Below are positions 10,602 through 18,784 of a stretch of DNA of 32,000 nt, piece after piece. Location of the stretch: positions 990,001-1,022,000 of the forward strand of contig NC_017262.1 of NCBI RefSeq assembly GCF_000175255.2, given 5' to 3'. Both the position numbers and the translations under genes were made by a program. This stretch comes from Zymomonas mobilis subsp. mobilis ATCC 10988 (GTDB lineage Bacteria; Pseudomonadota; Alphaproteobacteria; Sphingomonadales; Sphingomonadaceae). The notes below the pieces were generated by a model. That model was not told the DNA's origin. It was given only the letters and a program-made list of their open reading frames with translations, and ran no database searches. Position 1 is the stretch's first letter. Every line of letters begins with the position of its first letter.

Positions 10602-10633
10602 AATATACGCGATATGTAAAAATGGCGTATATT
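10602..10633. repeat. 9-bp perfect inverted repeat in the long AT-rich spacer (candidate operator or RNA hairpin)
   Basis: aatatacgc (10602-10610) and gcgtatatt (10625-10633) are separated by 14 nt. The repeat lies about 165-195 bp upstream of the MFS start codon and just upstream of a possible 33-codon ORF (10658-10759). Confidence 0.35.
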
Positions 10634-11004
10634 TTAGATAAAAGGACAGGAAAGAAAATGAAGGTTCATCCTTCCATTTCCCTTGGATTATACATAAAAA
10701 TTTTAAAAAATCAAATCCACTCCATTAACCTTAAAATTTATGCCATTTTACAGCCATAAAATATCTTTTTTTTATAGAAAGATTTTAAAGGATTATCGCT
10801 AATATTGAGGTCGCTTTTATCCTTCAAAAAGAGAGCGTCAGAATGTTTCTGAACGATGATGATAAATAGCTTGTTCCGATATTTTTATATCTGTTTTGGA
10901 GTTGTTTTCAGATCATGAAAAAATTGCCTCTATGCAGGGGCTATTCGGATTTTATTTTGAAGTCTGTTTTTAGGAAAATGGATGCGGGTCGATGAAATTT
11001 AGGC

Positions 11005-11047
11005 ATAAAAAAAGCGCATAGCTGGGAGCTATACGCGGTCTTTTTTA
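11005..11047 (-). terminator. Rho-independent terminator of rpmB (bidirectional architecture)
   Basis: gcgcatagc (11014-11022) pairs with gctatacgc (11028-11036) at 8/9 positions, with loop tggga. It is flanked by A8 on the 5' side and T6 on the 3' side of the plus strand, so a U-tract follows on either strand. It sits 87 nt downstream of the rpmB stop. Confidence 0.8.
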
Positions 11048-11122
11048 GGAAATTGGTTTTCTGGTGTCAGAGCCGTAAAGAGCGCTTTCGCCTTTTACTG
11101 CCCTGACATTTCCAGAACTGGC

Positions 11123-11410
11123 TTAGGCTGCAGCGAGCTTTTTGGCAACTTCACGTTTTACCTTAAGAGCTCGTGTAGAAAGCTTTTCGTTTTTGGTCTT
11201 CAACAGCCAGTTGTCCAGACCACCGACATGTTCGACGGAACGCAGGCCGTGGGTGGAAACCCGAAGCGTAACACCTTTGCCCAAAGCATCGGAAATCAAC
11301 GTAACATTCTGAAGGTTAGGCAGAAAGGTCCGCTTCGTCCGGTTATTGGCGTGGGATACGTTATTGCCTACCTGGCGGCCTTTGCCGGTCAGTTCGCAAA
11401 TGCGCGACAT
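11123..11410 (-). CDS. rpmB: 50S ribosomal protein L28
   Basis: 95 aa. [34 protein letters not shown]... is the canonical L28 N-terminus, and the basic C-terminal tail is typical of alphaproteobacterial L28. Confidence 0.97.
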   Translation of the reverse strand: MSRICELTGKGRQVGNNVSHANNRTKRTFLPNLQNVTLISDALGKGVTLRVSTHGLRSVEHVGGLDNWLLKTKNEKLSTRALKVKREVAKKLAAA

Positions 11411-11641
11411 TTTCTCTCATCCTGAATGGCCGGGAGGATCGACAGACGGACAGACATAGCCCTAAGCCCGTGATCATTCCCCTTATGGAAAGCAATGGCG
11501 GATAGCCTGCCTTGCCAGATTCGTCAAGCAAAGAAGCCATTTCGCCCAGTAATACTGCCTTTATACCCTATTTATGTTACAAATACCATATATTTACGTC
11601 TGTTAAAAAGAAGAAGATTTTTTCGGAGTCTCTAGGCATTT

Positions 11642-11669
11642 TTCTTGTCGTTGAGTGGACAGTTATAAT
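11642..11669 (+). promoter_or_regulatory. Candidate sigma70-type promoter for tadA
   Basis: TTCTTG (11642-11647), 16-nt spacer, then TATAAT (11664-11669), 47 nt upstream of the tadA ATG. A 7-bp hairpin aatgcct/aggcatt (about 11672-11690) would lie in the leader. Pattern match only. Confidence 0.3.
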
Positions 11670-11715
11670 CAAAATGCCTTAGGCAGGCATTATCCGTGTC
11701 ATTGTCAGAATCTGT

Positions 11716-12198
11716 ATGGTGAGTGTTATTTCCACCTTTTCGCCTTTCCCATTACCTGAACCGATGCGGCACGCTTTGTTACAAGCGGAAAGCGCCGCTC
11801 ATCAAGGCGAGGTGCCGGTTGGTGCCGTGGTGACTTTTAAAGGTAAAATCATTGCGGTTGCTGGTAATGCGATGCAGCCACCTTTTATTGATCCAACAGG
11901 CCATGCCGAGGTCAGGGCATTACGGCAGGCAGCTTCTGTTTTGGGTAGTAGTCGGCTTGACCAATGTGATCTTTGGGTGACTTTGGAGCCTTGTGCGATG
12001 TGTGCAGGAGCCATTGCGACAGCGCGTATTCGTCGTCTTTATTATGGTGCAGACGACCCAAAGGGGGGTGCCGTTCTTTCAGGAGTGCGCTTGTTTTTTC
12101 AGCCGAGCTGTCATCACCAGCCGGAAATCTATAATGATTTAGGCAGCCGGAAGGCGAGTGAATTATTGCGGCAGTTTTTCAAACAAAAAAGAAAGTAA
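11716..12198 (+). CDS. tadA: tRNA adenosine(34) deaminase
   Basis: 160 aa with the cytidine/deoxycytidylate deaminase zinc motifs HAEV and PCAMCAGAI. MRHAL...EVPVGAVV aligns with E. coli TadA. Confidence 0.93.
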   Translation: MVSVISTFSPFPLPEPMRHALLQAESAAHQGEVPVGAVVTFKGKIIAVAGNAMQPPFIDPTGHAEVRALRQAASVLGSSRLDQCDLWVTLEPCAMCAGAIATARIRRLYYGADDPKGGAVLSGVRLFFQPSCHHQPEIYNDLGSRKASELLRQFFKQKRK

Positions 12199-12266
12199 TA
12201 GAAGGGCATTTGAAAAACTATTTTCTTTAGTTTTTTCCTGTGTGATTTATGGTTTTTGGATATTCT

Positions 12267-12303
12267 CTATTCTTGAATAGGATGCGTCTATTTGAAATAG
12301 GAT
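12267..12303. repeat. Two tandem copies of a small palindromic motif CTATT-N3/4-AATAGGAT (candidate operator pair)
   Basis: ctattcttgaataggat (12267-12283) and ctatttgaaataggat (12288-12303). The copies are 21 bp apart start to start, about two helical turns, and each is internally palindromic (CTATT/AATAG). They lie in the 248-bp AT-rich spacer upstream of the CNNM/CorC-type gene. Confidence 0.35.
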
Positions 12304-12446
12304 AAATGTCTTTTCTTTGGAAAAAAATGATATTTTAAGAATTTGAAAAATTCCCTATTTATTTTTTTACTATTTGCCATTTATTTTCTATTGTTTTGAT
12401 ATAAAATCAGGCGCATGATAAATATCATTTATATATTTTTAGAATC

Positions 12447-13772
12447 GTGACACCACATCCTCCTTTAACACCTTTCCCTTGGCATGATTGTCTGCTTTTG
12501 ATCGCATTGATCGCCTTTAATGGCTTGTTTGCGATGTCCGAGCTGGCGATCATCTCTTCTCGTCGTCCAAAGCTTGAGGCTATGGCAAAAACGAGAAAGG
12601 GAGCAAGCGCGGCTTTGGCGTTAAGTGCGCATCCGGGTCGCTTCCTATCAACAATGCAGGTCGGTATTACAGGTATCAGCACCTTGGCCGGTGCTGTTTC
12701 TGGCGAAACCCTTGGGGGGCCAATCGGTGAAAGATTGGCCGCGATGGACGTTCCCAATGCGATGGCATGGGGATTTACGGTCGCTATCGTTGTTACCACC
12801 TATTTTTCTCTTATTGCCGGTGAGCTGGTTCCGAAACAGATCGCTTTAAAAGCGCCGGAACAGATCGCGGCTTTTACCGCTATCCCCGTTTTATGGCTGT
12901 CGCGCCTGACGGCTCCGGCGGTCTGGTTACTGGATAAATCCAGCGCGCTTGTGTTCCATCTGGCCGGAATGACCCGCGAAGCTCATAATCAGGTAACTGC
13001 GGAAGAAGTCCGTTTGACGATTACCGAAGCCTTTCAGGCAGGGGTTATCGAAGAAAACGAGCGACAGATTATTTCTGGTGTTATCCGTCTGGCGGATCGG
13101 CCTGTGCGTGAAATCATGACCCCGAGAACCGAAGTCGGATGGTTGGATATGGAAGCGGATATTCCGACCTTGTCCAAAAATCTGGCCTCTATGCCTCATA
13201 GCCGGATGCCTGTTGCTATCGGTTCAGTCGATAACATTATTGGCGTTGTTCATTCCCGCGATATTGTCCGCGTTTTGATGCGAGGCGAAAAGCTGGATAT
13301 TAAACGCTTGATGCGGCCTGCGCCTATTGTGCCAGATCAGACCACGGTGATGGCTGCTCTTGATAGCCTGCGTTTGGCCGAAGTGCCTTTAGGGCTGGTT
13401 CATGACGAATATGGTCATTTTGAAGGGGTTGTTGCCCCCGCCGATTTATTGGCGGCCATGAGTGGCCATTTTGTGTCCGATGTGGAAGGTCGAAATGATC
13501 CTTCCATCATTGAAGATAAAGAAGGACATTATATCCTTTCTGGTTCCTTATCGGCTGACCAGATGGCTGATAAACTGGGATTTGAGCTGGATGAAGATCG
13601 CGATTATGCGACGGTCGCCGGTTTTGCTCTTTCTGTTCTGCGACATTTGCCGAAAATCGGTGAGTATTTCACCTCGAATGGTTGGCTATTTGAGATTTTG
13701 GATATTACCGGCCATAAAATCGAAAAAGTCGGTGTCTCTAAAGCTGACGGTGAAAACCGCGAAGAAAACTAG
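12447..13772 (+). CDS. CNNM/CorC-type hemolysin-family protein (DUF21 TM domain + CBS pair + CorC_HlyC)
   Basis: 441 aa with a GTG start. DUF21 N-terminus (NGLFAMSELAIISSRRPKLE..., FLSTMQVGITG). CBS-pair region (REIMTPRTEVGWLD, HSRMPV, IGVVHSRD, LVHDEYGHFEGVV). C-terminal transporter-associated domain (GHKIEKVGV). Confidence 0.9.
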   Translation: MTPHPPLTPFPWHDCLLLIALIAFNGLFAMSELAIISSRRPKLEAMAKTRKGASAALALSAHPGRFLSTMQVGITGISTLAGAVSGETLGGPIGERLAAMDVPNAMAWGFTVAIVVTTYFSLIAGELVPKQIALKAPEQIAAFTAIPVLWLSRLTAPAVWLLDKSSALVFHLAGMTREAHNQVTAEEVRLTITEAFQAGVIEENERQIISGVIRLADRPVREIMTPRTEVGWLDMEADIPTLSKNLASMPHSRMPVAIGSVDNIIGVVHSRDIVRVLMRGEKLDIKRLMRPAPIVPDQTTVMAALDSLRLAEVPLGLVHDEYGHFEGVVAPADLLAAMSGHFVSDVEGRNDPSIIEDKEGHYILSGSLSADQMADKLGFELDEDRDYATVAGFALSVLRHLPKIGEYFTSNGWLFEILDITGHKIEKVGVSKADGENREEN

Positions 13773-13800
13773 CCGCCTAAGCTGTTTCGTTTAAAAAAGA

Positions 13801-13840
13801 AAAGCCCCGAAAACCGTTAATGGTCTTTGGGGCTTTTTTA
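13801..13840. terminator. Bidirectional rho-independent terminator between convergent genes
   Basis: aaagccccgaaaacc / ggtctttggggcttt form an imperfect ~14-bp stem with loop gttaat. An A-run lies upstream and ttttttat downstream. The element sits between the stops at 13772 (+) and 13870 (-). Confidence 0.85.
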
Positions 13841-13869
13841 TAGCGTTGTTTCCAAAATCGGGGATTTCT

Positions 13870-14568
13870 CTACCGATGGAGCGCCCCGAATTTACTTTCA
13901 AAAGTTTCGATATCACCGGCATCCAGTAATTTGGCCTGTTCTACCCAATGTTCACGGGCGATTCTGCCGCTGAACGCACCCATTTTGGGATCAATCTCAG
14001 CGATGTCGGCATCTGTCCATGCCGCAATTTGTGAAAAACGGGTAATACCTAGACCCGCCAGAATTTTATTGGCCTTGGGCCCTAATCCCTTGATCTGGGT
14101 TAATTTGTCGGCGGATCCTTCACTAGAAGAAACATCATTGGCCGGAGAGGGAATATCATTTTTGACATATTCCGGTTGAGGCACGGATTCTGGTGCTTTT
14201 GCTGAAGCCGTGTCTACGCTTTCCTGCCTTTCAACCGGAGAGAGCGTATTGGCCTTGTCACTCTTTTCTTCTGTTATCTTTGTTTTGTCTGTTTTGGCCT
14301 CTTGCGGAGCAGGCGATGTTTTGGTGACAATCGGAATATCGCGAACAGGAATAGCTTCGGCTTTTTTCTCCGATTTTAAATCCTGATAAGCGGGCGGAGG
14401 CGCGACTGGCTCGAAAGTCCGCTGAAGCTTGGGCGGCTGAGCTTCATTCTGTGTTTCTTCGGTCGTTTTTATTGGTTTTTGGCGGCGTTTGACCAAAAAC
14501 ATAATCACGACGGCTATAGCAACAACGACTATGCCAGCCGCAACGGCGATTATTTCCGTTGGCGTCAT
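13870..14568 (-). CDS. Membrane-anchored protein with a long Pro/Lys/Glu-rich linker and a C-terminal helix-hairpin-helix-like domain (function unknown)
   Basis: 232 aa. An N-terminal TM helix (IIAVAAGIVVVAIAVVIMFLV) is followed by KRRQK, then about 130 aa of low-complexity P/E/K/S-rich sequence. The C-terminus reads LTQIKGLGPKANKILAGLGITRFSQIAAWTDADIAEID...GRIAREHWVEQAKLL. That GxGP...GI HhH-like module recurs in alphaproteobacterial proteins. Confidence 0.7.
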   Translation of the reverse strand: MTPTEIIAVAAGIVVVAIAVVIMFLVKRRQKPIKTTEETQNEAQPPKLQRTFEPVAPPPAYQDLKSEKKAEAIPVRDIPIVTKTSPAPQEAKTDKTKITEEKSDKANTLSPVERQESVDTASAKAPESVPQPEYVKNDIPSPANDVSSSEGSADKLTQIKGLGPKANKILAGLGITRFSQIAAWTDADIAEIDPKMGAFSGRIAREHWVEQAKLLDAGDIETFESKFGALHR

Positions 14569-14726
14569 CTTTTTTACTCCTTACAATATCGAGGCCGATT
14601 TCTCCGAATAAAGCTGTTTATCGGGGCTTATAGGCTTCAGACGGAGAAGATCCTCCCCGTCTGAAAGATACCTGTTGTAAATAGGCCTTCTATGCCGTTT
14701 TTGCAGGCGGCCTTTCCATTTTAATT

Positions 14727-15980
14727 TTAGAGGCCGATATCGCCGCGCCAGAATCCATCGGGATAGTCAATGACATTGACGGCTTGGTAGGCGAGGTCGC
14801 GGGCAGCATTGAAATCGGCGGCCTTGGCCGTGACATTCAATACCCGACCGCCATTGGCCTTTAAGGTCTGGTTATCGAGTGTGGTGCCTGCTTGAAAAAC
14901 AACCGCTCCATTGGCTTCGGCTTCGTTCAGTCGGGTGATAATACCGCCTTTTTTCGGGCTGGCCGGATAACCTTGTGCCGCAATGACCACGGTTACGGCG
15001 TAATCCTTTGAGAAAGTCGGTTCGGGTTGTGCCTGCAATTTTCCAGTAGCTGCTGCATAGAGCAACGGCAGAATATCACTTTCAAGCCGCATCATCAGCA
15101 CCTGACATTCAGGATCACCAAGACGGGCATTATATTCGATGAGCTTGGGTCCTTCGCTGGTCAGCATCAATCCGGCGTAAAGGATACCCACAAAAGGCAT
15201 GCCTTGTTCTTTCATCGCCTGAACGGTGGGAGTGACAATTTCCTGCATCACCCGCTTTTCGAGATCAGCCGTCAGGCGAGTTGCCGGACTATAAGCACCC
15301 ATGCCGCCGGTATTGGGTCCCGTATCGCCATCACCGACCCGTTTATGGTCGCGTGCTGTCCCAAAGGGACGAACCGTTTCGCCGTCACTAATGGCAAAGA
15401 AGCTAGCTTCTTCGCCCTGCATGAATTCTTCGACCACGATTTCAAGACCGGCTTTCCCAAAAGCGCCTGCCGTCATATCCTGAATAGCCTGTTCGGCTTC
15501 CAATTGGCTTTCAGCGATGATGACGCCTTTACCGCCAGCGAGACCATCGGCTTTGATCACAACGGGAGTGCTGAAATTATCAAGCGCGGCCTTGGCTTCT
15601 TCTGCACTACGGCAGCGTTGATAGCGGGCAGTCGGAATATTGTAGCGGGCGCAAAGATCTTTTGTGAAACCTTTTGAGCCTTCTAACTGGGCAGCCGCTT
15701 TGTCGGGCCCAAAAACCGCAATAGAGGCTGCGCGCAGGCTATTTCCTAAACCATCAACAAGCGGGGCTTCGGGCCCAATCACGACCAGATCAATGGCATT
15801 GTCCTGACAAAAGCGGACAACCGCGGCATGATCTGTTACTGTGATATCTGCCGGTTTAGCCAGTTTTGCTATACCGGGGTTGCCTGTTGTGGCATAAAAG
15901 GTATCAAGTGATGGCGACTGAGCAATTTTCCATGCCAAGGCATGTTCGCGGCCGCCGGTTCCGATAAGCAGGACGTTCAT
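14727..15980 (-). CDS. purD: Phosphoribosylamine-glycine ligase
   Basis: Canonical PurD throughout ([26 protein letters not shown]-grasp core, [20 protein letters not shown]). The maximal ORF extends to a TTG at 16037. The ATG at 15980 gives the conserved N-terminus. Confidence 0.96.
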   Translation of the reverse strand: MNVLLIGTGGREHALAWKIAQSPSLDTFYATTGNPGIAKLAKPADITVTDHAAVVRFCQDNAIDLVVIGPEAPLVDGLGNSLRAASIAVFGPDKAAAQLEGSKGFTKDLCARYNIPTARYQRCRSAEEAKAALDNFSTPVVIKADGLAGGKGVIIAESQLEAEQAIQDMTAGAFGKAGLEIVVEEFMQGEEASFFAISDGETVRPFGTARDHKRVGDGDTGPNTGGMGAYSPATRLTADLEKRVMQEIVTPTVQAMKEQGMPFVGILYAGLMLTSEGPKLIEYNARLGDPECQVLMMRLESDILPLLYAAATGKLQAQPEPTFSKDYAVTVVIAAQGYPASPKKGGIITRLNEAEANGAVVFQAGTTLDNQTLKANGGRVLNVTAKAADFNAARDLAYQAVNVIDYPDGFWRGDIGL

Positions 15981-17613
15981 GAATTCTTTCTCTTTTGATG
16001 GCTCTGATCTGTTAGCGAAATCTGATGCAACAGACAATGTGCGTGCCTTTTCTGTATCCGAAATTTCTGGTGCTTTGAAACGGACTGTTGAAGATGCTTT
16101 TAGCCATATTCGGGTAAGAGGGGAAATATCCGGTTTTACGCAAGCGGGGTCAGGGCATTGCTATCTAGCCTTGAAGGATGACAAAGCCGTTCTTGATTCC
16201 GTTATCTGGCGTGGTGTGGTGTCACGGATTTCTTTCTGGCCTGAAAATGGGATGGAAGTTATTGCTACCGGACGGTTGACTACCTATGCCGGTCGTTCCC
16301 GTTATCAATTGGTTATTGAACAATTAGAAATCGCCGGACAGGGGGCTTTGATGGCCTTGCTTGATCGGCGGCGGCGGATGTTGGCAGAAGAAGGCTTGTT
16401 TAATGCCGATCGTAAGCGGGCTTTGCCTTTCATGCCCAAAATTATCGGGGTTGTCAGTTCACCTTCTGGAGCGGTTATCCGCGATATTTTGCATCGTTTG
16501 GCTGATCGTTGTCCGACCCATGTGATTTTATGGCCGGTGCCGGTTCAGGGCGATCAGGCGGCAGCAAAAGTGGCGGCAGCTGTCAGAGGTTTTTCAGCTT
16601 TGAAAGCGGGGGATGCTATCCCTAGGCCGGATTTGTTGATTGTTGCCCGTGGTGGTGGGTCGCTGGAAGATCTGTGGCCGTTTAATGAAGAAATATTGGT
16701 TCGAGCTGTCGCTGAATCCTCGATTCCGGTGATTTCGGCGGTGGGTCATGAAACCGATACCACCTTATGCGACTATGCCGCTGATTTACGCGCCCCGACC
16801 CCGACGGCTGCTGCTGAATTAGCCGTGCCAGTCAGAAGTGAGTTGGTGAATGGCCTGAATAATCTCCATCTGCGGATGAATAATGCCATAGCGCGCCATG
16901 CTAAATTATCAGAAGAAAGGCTGGACGCGGTTCGGCAGCGCTTGCCGGATGGTGAACGGCTGTTAGCGCCTTTTATCCAATTATTTGATGATCGAGCATC
17001 GCAGTTGGAACGCGATATCTCCGAACGGATGACCCATGCCCGTCATAAGCTGAATTTTTATGCGGCTACTTTGCGGCCTGCCTTGTTAAAGGCAAGAATT
17101 GCCCGCGAACAGGCGCGGTTGTCAGCTTGTCGTTTACCCACTGGACAGCGTTTAGTCATACAGGAACAGCAAAAACTCGATAATGTGACGCGGCGATTGA
17201 AACAGGCCTATCAACAGCGCTTGTCCCATGCGGATTTACGTTTCAAATTTTTGGCTGAGAAGCTGCAACCCCTGTTATTAGAGCAGAGATGGCAGCAGAA
17301 AGCCGAGTTATTAGCGGCTTGTTCTTTAAAGCCAGAGCTGGTGACTGCCCGTTTGAATATTTGGCAGAAGAATATTGACCAGTTATGGCGTGTCGCTGAG
17401 CAAGCCCATCCTGATAAAATTCTAGCTAAAGGCTATGCCCGTGTCGAAGATAGCCATAGCCATGTTGTTAGCAACGCCCATGATGCCAAAACGCATAAGC
17501 GGTTAAATCTGATTTTCCATGACGGATCGGTATGGGTCGCACCCGAGACACCTCCCAAAAGCAGGAAAGCAGATAATCCACCGGAACCCCCAGAGCAAAC
17601 CAGTTTTTTATAA
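15979..17613 (+). CDS. xseA: Exodeoxyribonuclease VII large subunit
   Basis: 544 aa. N-terminal OB fold ([18 protein letters not shown]...VRGEISG), catalytic core ([39 protein letters not shown]) and a long coiled-coil C-terminus. ATG 15979 has AGGA 5 nt upstream. An alternative GTG lies at 16039. Confidence 0.93.
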   Translation: MNSFSFDGSDLLAKSDATDNVRAFSVSEISGALKRTVEDAFSHIRVRGEISGFTQAGSGHCYLALKDDKAVLDSVIWRGVVSRISFWPENGMEVIATGRLTTYAGRSRYQLVIEQLEIAGQGALMALLDRRRRMLAEEGLFNADRKRALPFMPKIIGVVSSPSGAVIRDILHRLADRCPTHVILWPVPVQGDQAAAKVAAAVRGFSALKAGDAIPRPDLLIVARGGGSLEDLWPFNEEILVRAVAESSIPVISAVGHETDTTLCDYAADLRAPTPTAAAELAVPVRSELVNGLNNLHLRMNNAIARHAKLSEERLDAVRQRLPDGERLLAPFIQLFDDRASQLERDISERMTHARHKLNFYAATLRPALLKARIAREQARLSACRLPTGQRLVIQEQQKLDNVTRRLKQAYQQRLSHADLRFKFLAEKLQPLLLEQRWQQKAELLAACSLKPELVTARLNIWQKNIDQLWRVAEQAHPDKILAKGYARVEDSHSHVVSNAHDAKTHKRLNLIFHDGSVWVAPETPPKSRKADNPPEPPEQTSFL

Positions 17614-17758
17614 AATAAGGGGCTTAAGGATATTAAAATTATTCAAATTCACCGAAGGTAAATGAAATATTATAACAATAGACTTGACTAAAAAACTTTA
17701 AAAGGCTGTCATAGCCTTTCATAATTGGTCATTTTATTCTTATTAAGGGTTTTTTTTG

Positions 17759-18511
17759 ATGCATCCATTCTCTTCGGTGAACAATTCTGTGCCTGAACCA
17801 GCGCCGCAGTCCGCTAATAGTCGGAAGAATGTGACCTCTTTTCATACGATTGTGAAAAAGCAGGTACGCTTATGGCATTGGGTCAGTGCTGCAATCTTTT
17901 GTGTGACAATGCTGCTTTTTTCAGTGACCGGATTCATGATGAATCATGGTCATGATATTTTTGCGCCGCATTTGACGACCACAGAAAAACAATTTGAATT
18001 GCCACAAGATTTGCTTCCGGCGTTGCAACAGCCTTTGAAAAAAGCGGAAGAAAAGTCGGTTAAAGTGAAAGAGGGCGGCTTTGATTGGGGGCAATTAGCT
18101 TCGCAGGAAGTCAGTCAGCCGTTACCTGAAAATGTTGTGCAATGGTTAAAGAGCCAGCATTTGCCAGCAAAAAAACAGGCCTTTTGGACGGATAAATTTG
18201 TTTATTTCGTCACGCCTAAATTAGGGATGCGTGACAGGTTATTGATTGAACGCGATAATGGTCATGTCCATTACGAGCATACGTCACGGGGTTGGATTGG
18301 ATTTATTGATGATTTGCATCGCGGGGGGCATGTCGGGACAGGATGGCCGTTATTCATTGATGTGTTTGCGATCGCCTGCATTATTTTTTCTATAAGCGGT
18401 ATCTGGTTGTTACAGATTCATGCCAGAAAACGGCCTTCGACATGGCCACTCGTGGCTTTAGGATTAGCTGTTCCTATTGTGATTATTTTGGTCGCGCTCC
18501 ATTCCCATTGA
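17759..18511 (+). CDS. PepSY-associated TM-helix-like membrane protein
   Basis: About 250 aa. An N-terminal TM (LWHWVSAAIFCVTMLLFSVTGFMMNHG) is followed by a ~110-aa extracytoplasmic segment, then IDDLHRGGHVG..WPLFIDVFAIACIIFSISGIWLL and a final TM. The LHxG...isGlxL pattern is what I associate with PepSY_TM proteins. The ORF track starts at TTG 17756; the ATG at 17759 is more likely. Confidence 0.6.
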   Translation: MHPFSSVNNSVPEPAPQSANSRKNVTSFHTIVKKQVRLWHWVSAAIFCVTMLLFSVTGFMMNHGHDIFAPHLTTTEKQFELPQDLLPALQQPLKKAEEKSVKVKEGGFDWGQLASQEVSQPLPENVVQWLKSQHLPAKKQAFWTDKFVYFVTPKLGMRDRLLIERDNGHVHYEHTSRGWIGFIDDLHRGGHVGTGWPLFIDVFAIACIIFSISGIWLLQIHARKRPSTWPLVALGLAVPIVIILVALHSH

Positions 18512-18779
18512 GCTTAAAAATATTTCTTCCATTGGAGAGGGTGAAGAGAAGCCATAGTCGAAGGGCGCTTGCTAAATTCGGCATATCGGCGGCTTTCACC
18601 CTTTCCGCATCAATGCGGGCAATCAAGGCATTAAGGGGCAGAGCGCGTTTGGAGGCGGCTTGCTCTAGGGCTTGCCAAAAAAGGGGTTCAAGACTGATAG
18701 AGGTTGAGTGACCGGCGATCATCACCGAGCGTTTAACAAGGCCATGATAGGGCGCTCCATATTCAGTAGAAGGGGACAT
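18483..18779 (-). CDS. Small ribbon-helix-helix-like protein (RHH_4-type), function unknown
   Basis: 98 aa. KRSVMIAGHSTSISLEPLFWQALEQAASKRALPLNALIARIDAER....NLASALRLWLL matches my memory of the RHH_4 family, which is often mis-annotated as a sulfotransferase. The ATG lies 5 nt after the hemH stop, with GGGGAA upstream. The non-conserved C-terminal tail overlaps the convergent 17759-18511 gene by 29 nt. Confidence 0.55.
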   Translation of the reverse strand: MSPSTEYGAPYHGLVKRSVMIAGHSTSISLEPLFWQALEQAASKRALPLNALIARIDAERVKAADMPNLASALRLWLLFTLSNGRNIFKLNGNGARPK

Positions 18780-18784
18780 GGCTT

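Noticed and set aside
12425-12799. 124-aa minus-strand ORF overlapping the start of the CNNM/CorC-type gene
   Set aside because: The + strand translation matches the DUF21 N-terminal consensus (SELAIISSRR, FLSTMQVGITG), and the antisense ORF has no supporting features.
15027-15677. 216-aa ORF on the + strand, fully inside and antisense to purD (plus smaller ones at 15272-15460 and 15301-15483)
   Set aside because: The minus strand encodes a full-length PurD with canonical motifs. The antisense translation has no recognisable motifs or RBS and looks like a shadow ORF produced by the codon bias of the real gene.
15981-16037. Extended purD start (TTG at 16037) implied by the ORF track
   Set aside because: The extra 19 residues ([19 protein letters not shown]) are not part of the conserved PurD N-terminus and the codon is TTG. 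The ATG at 15980 gives the canonical [14 protein letters not shown] start.
18442-18711. 89-aa + strand ORF antisense to the RHH gene
   Set aside because: The minus-strand product has the conserved RHH-like core and is positioned for coupling to hemH. The + strand ORF has no motif or RBS support.
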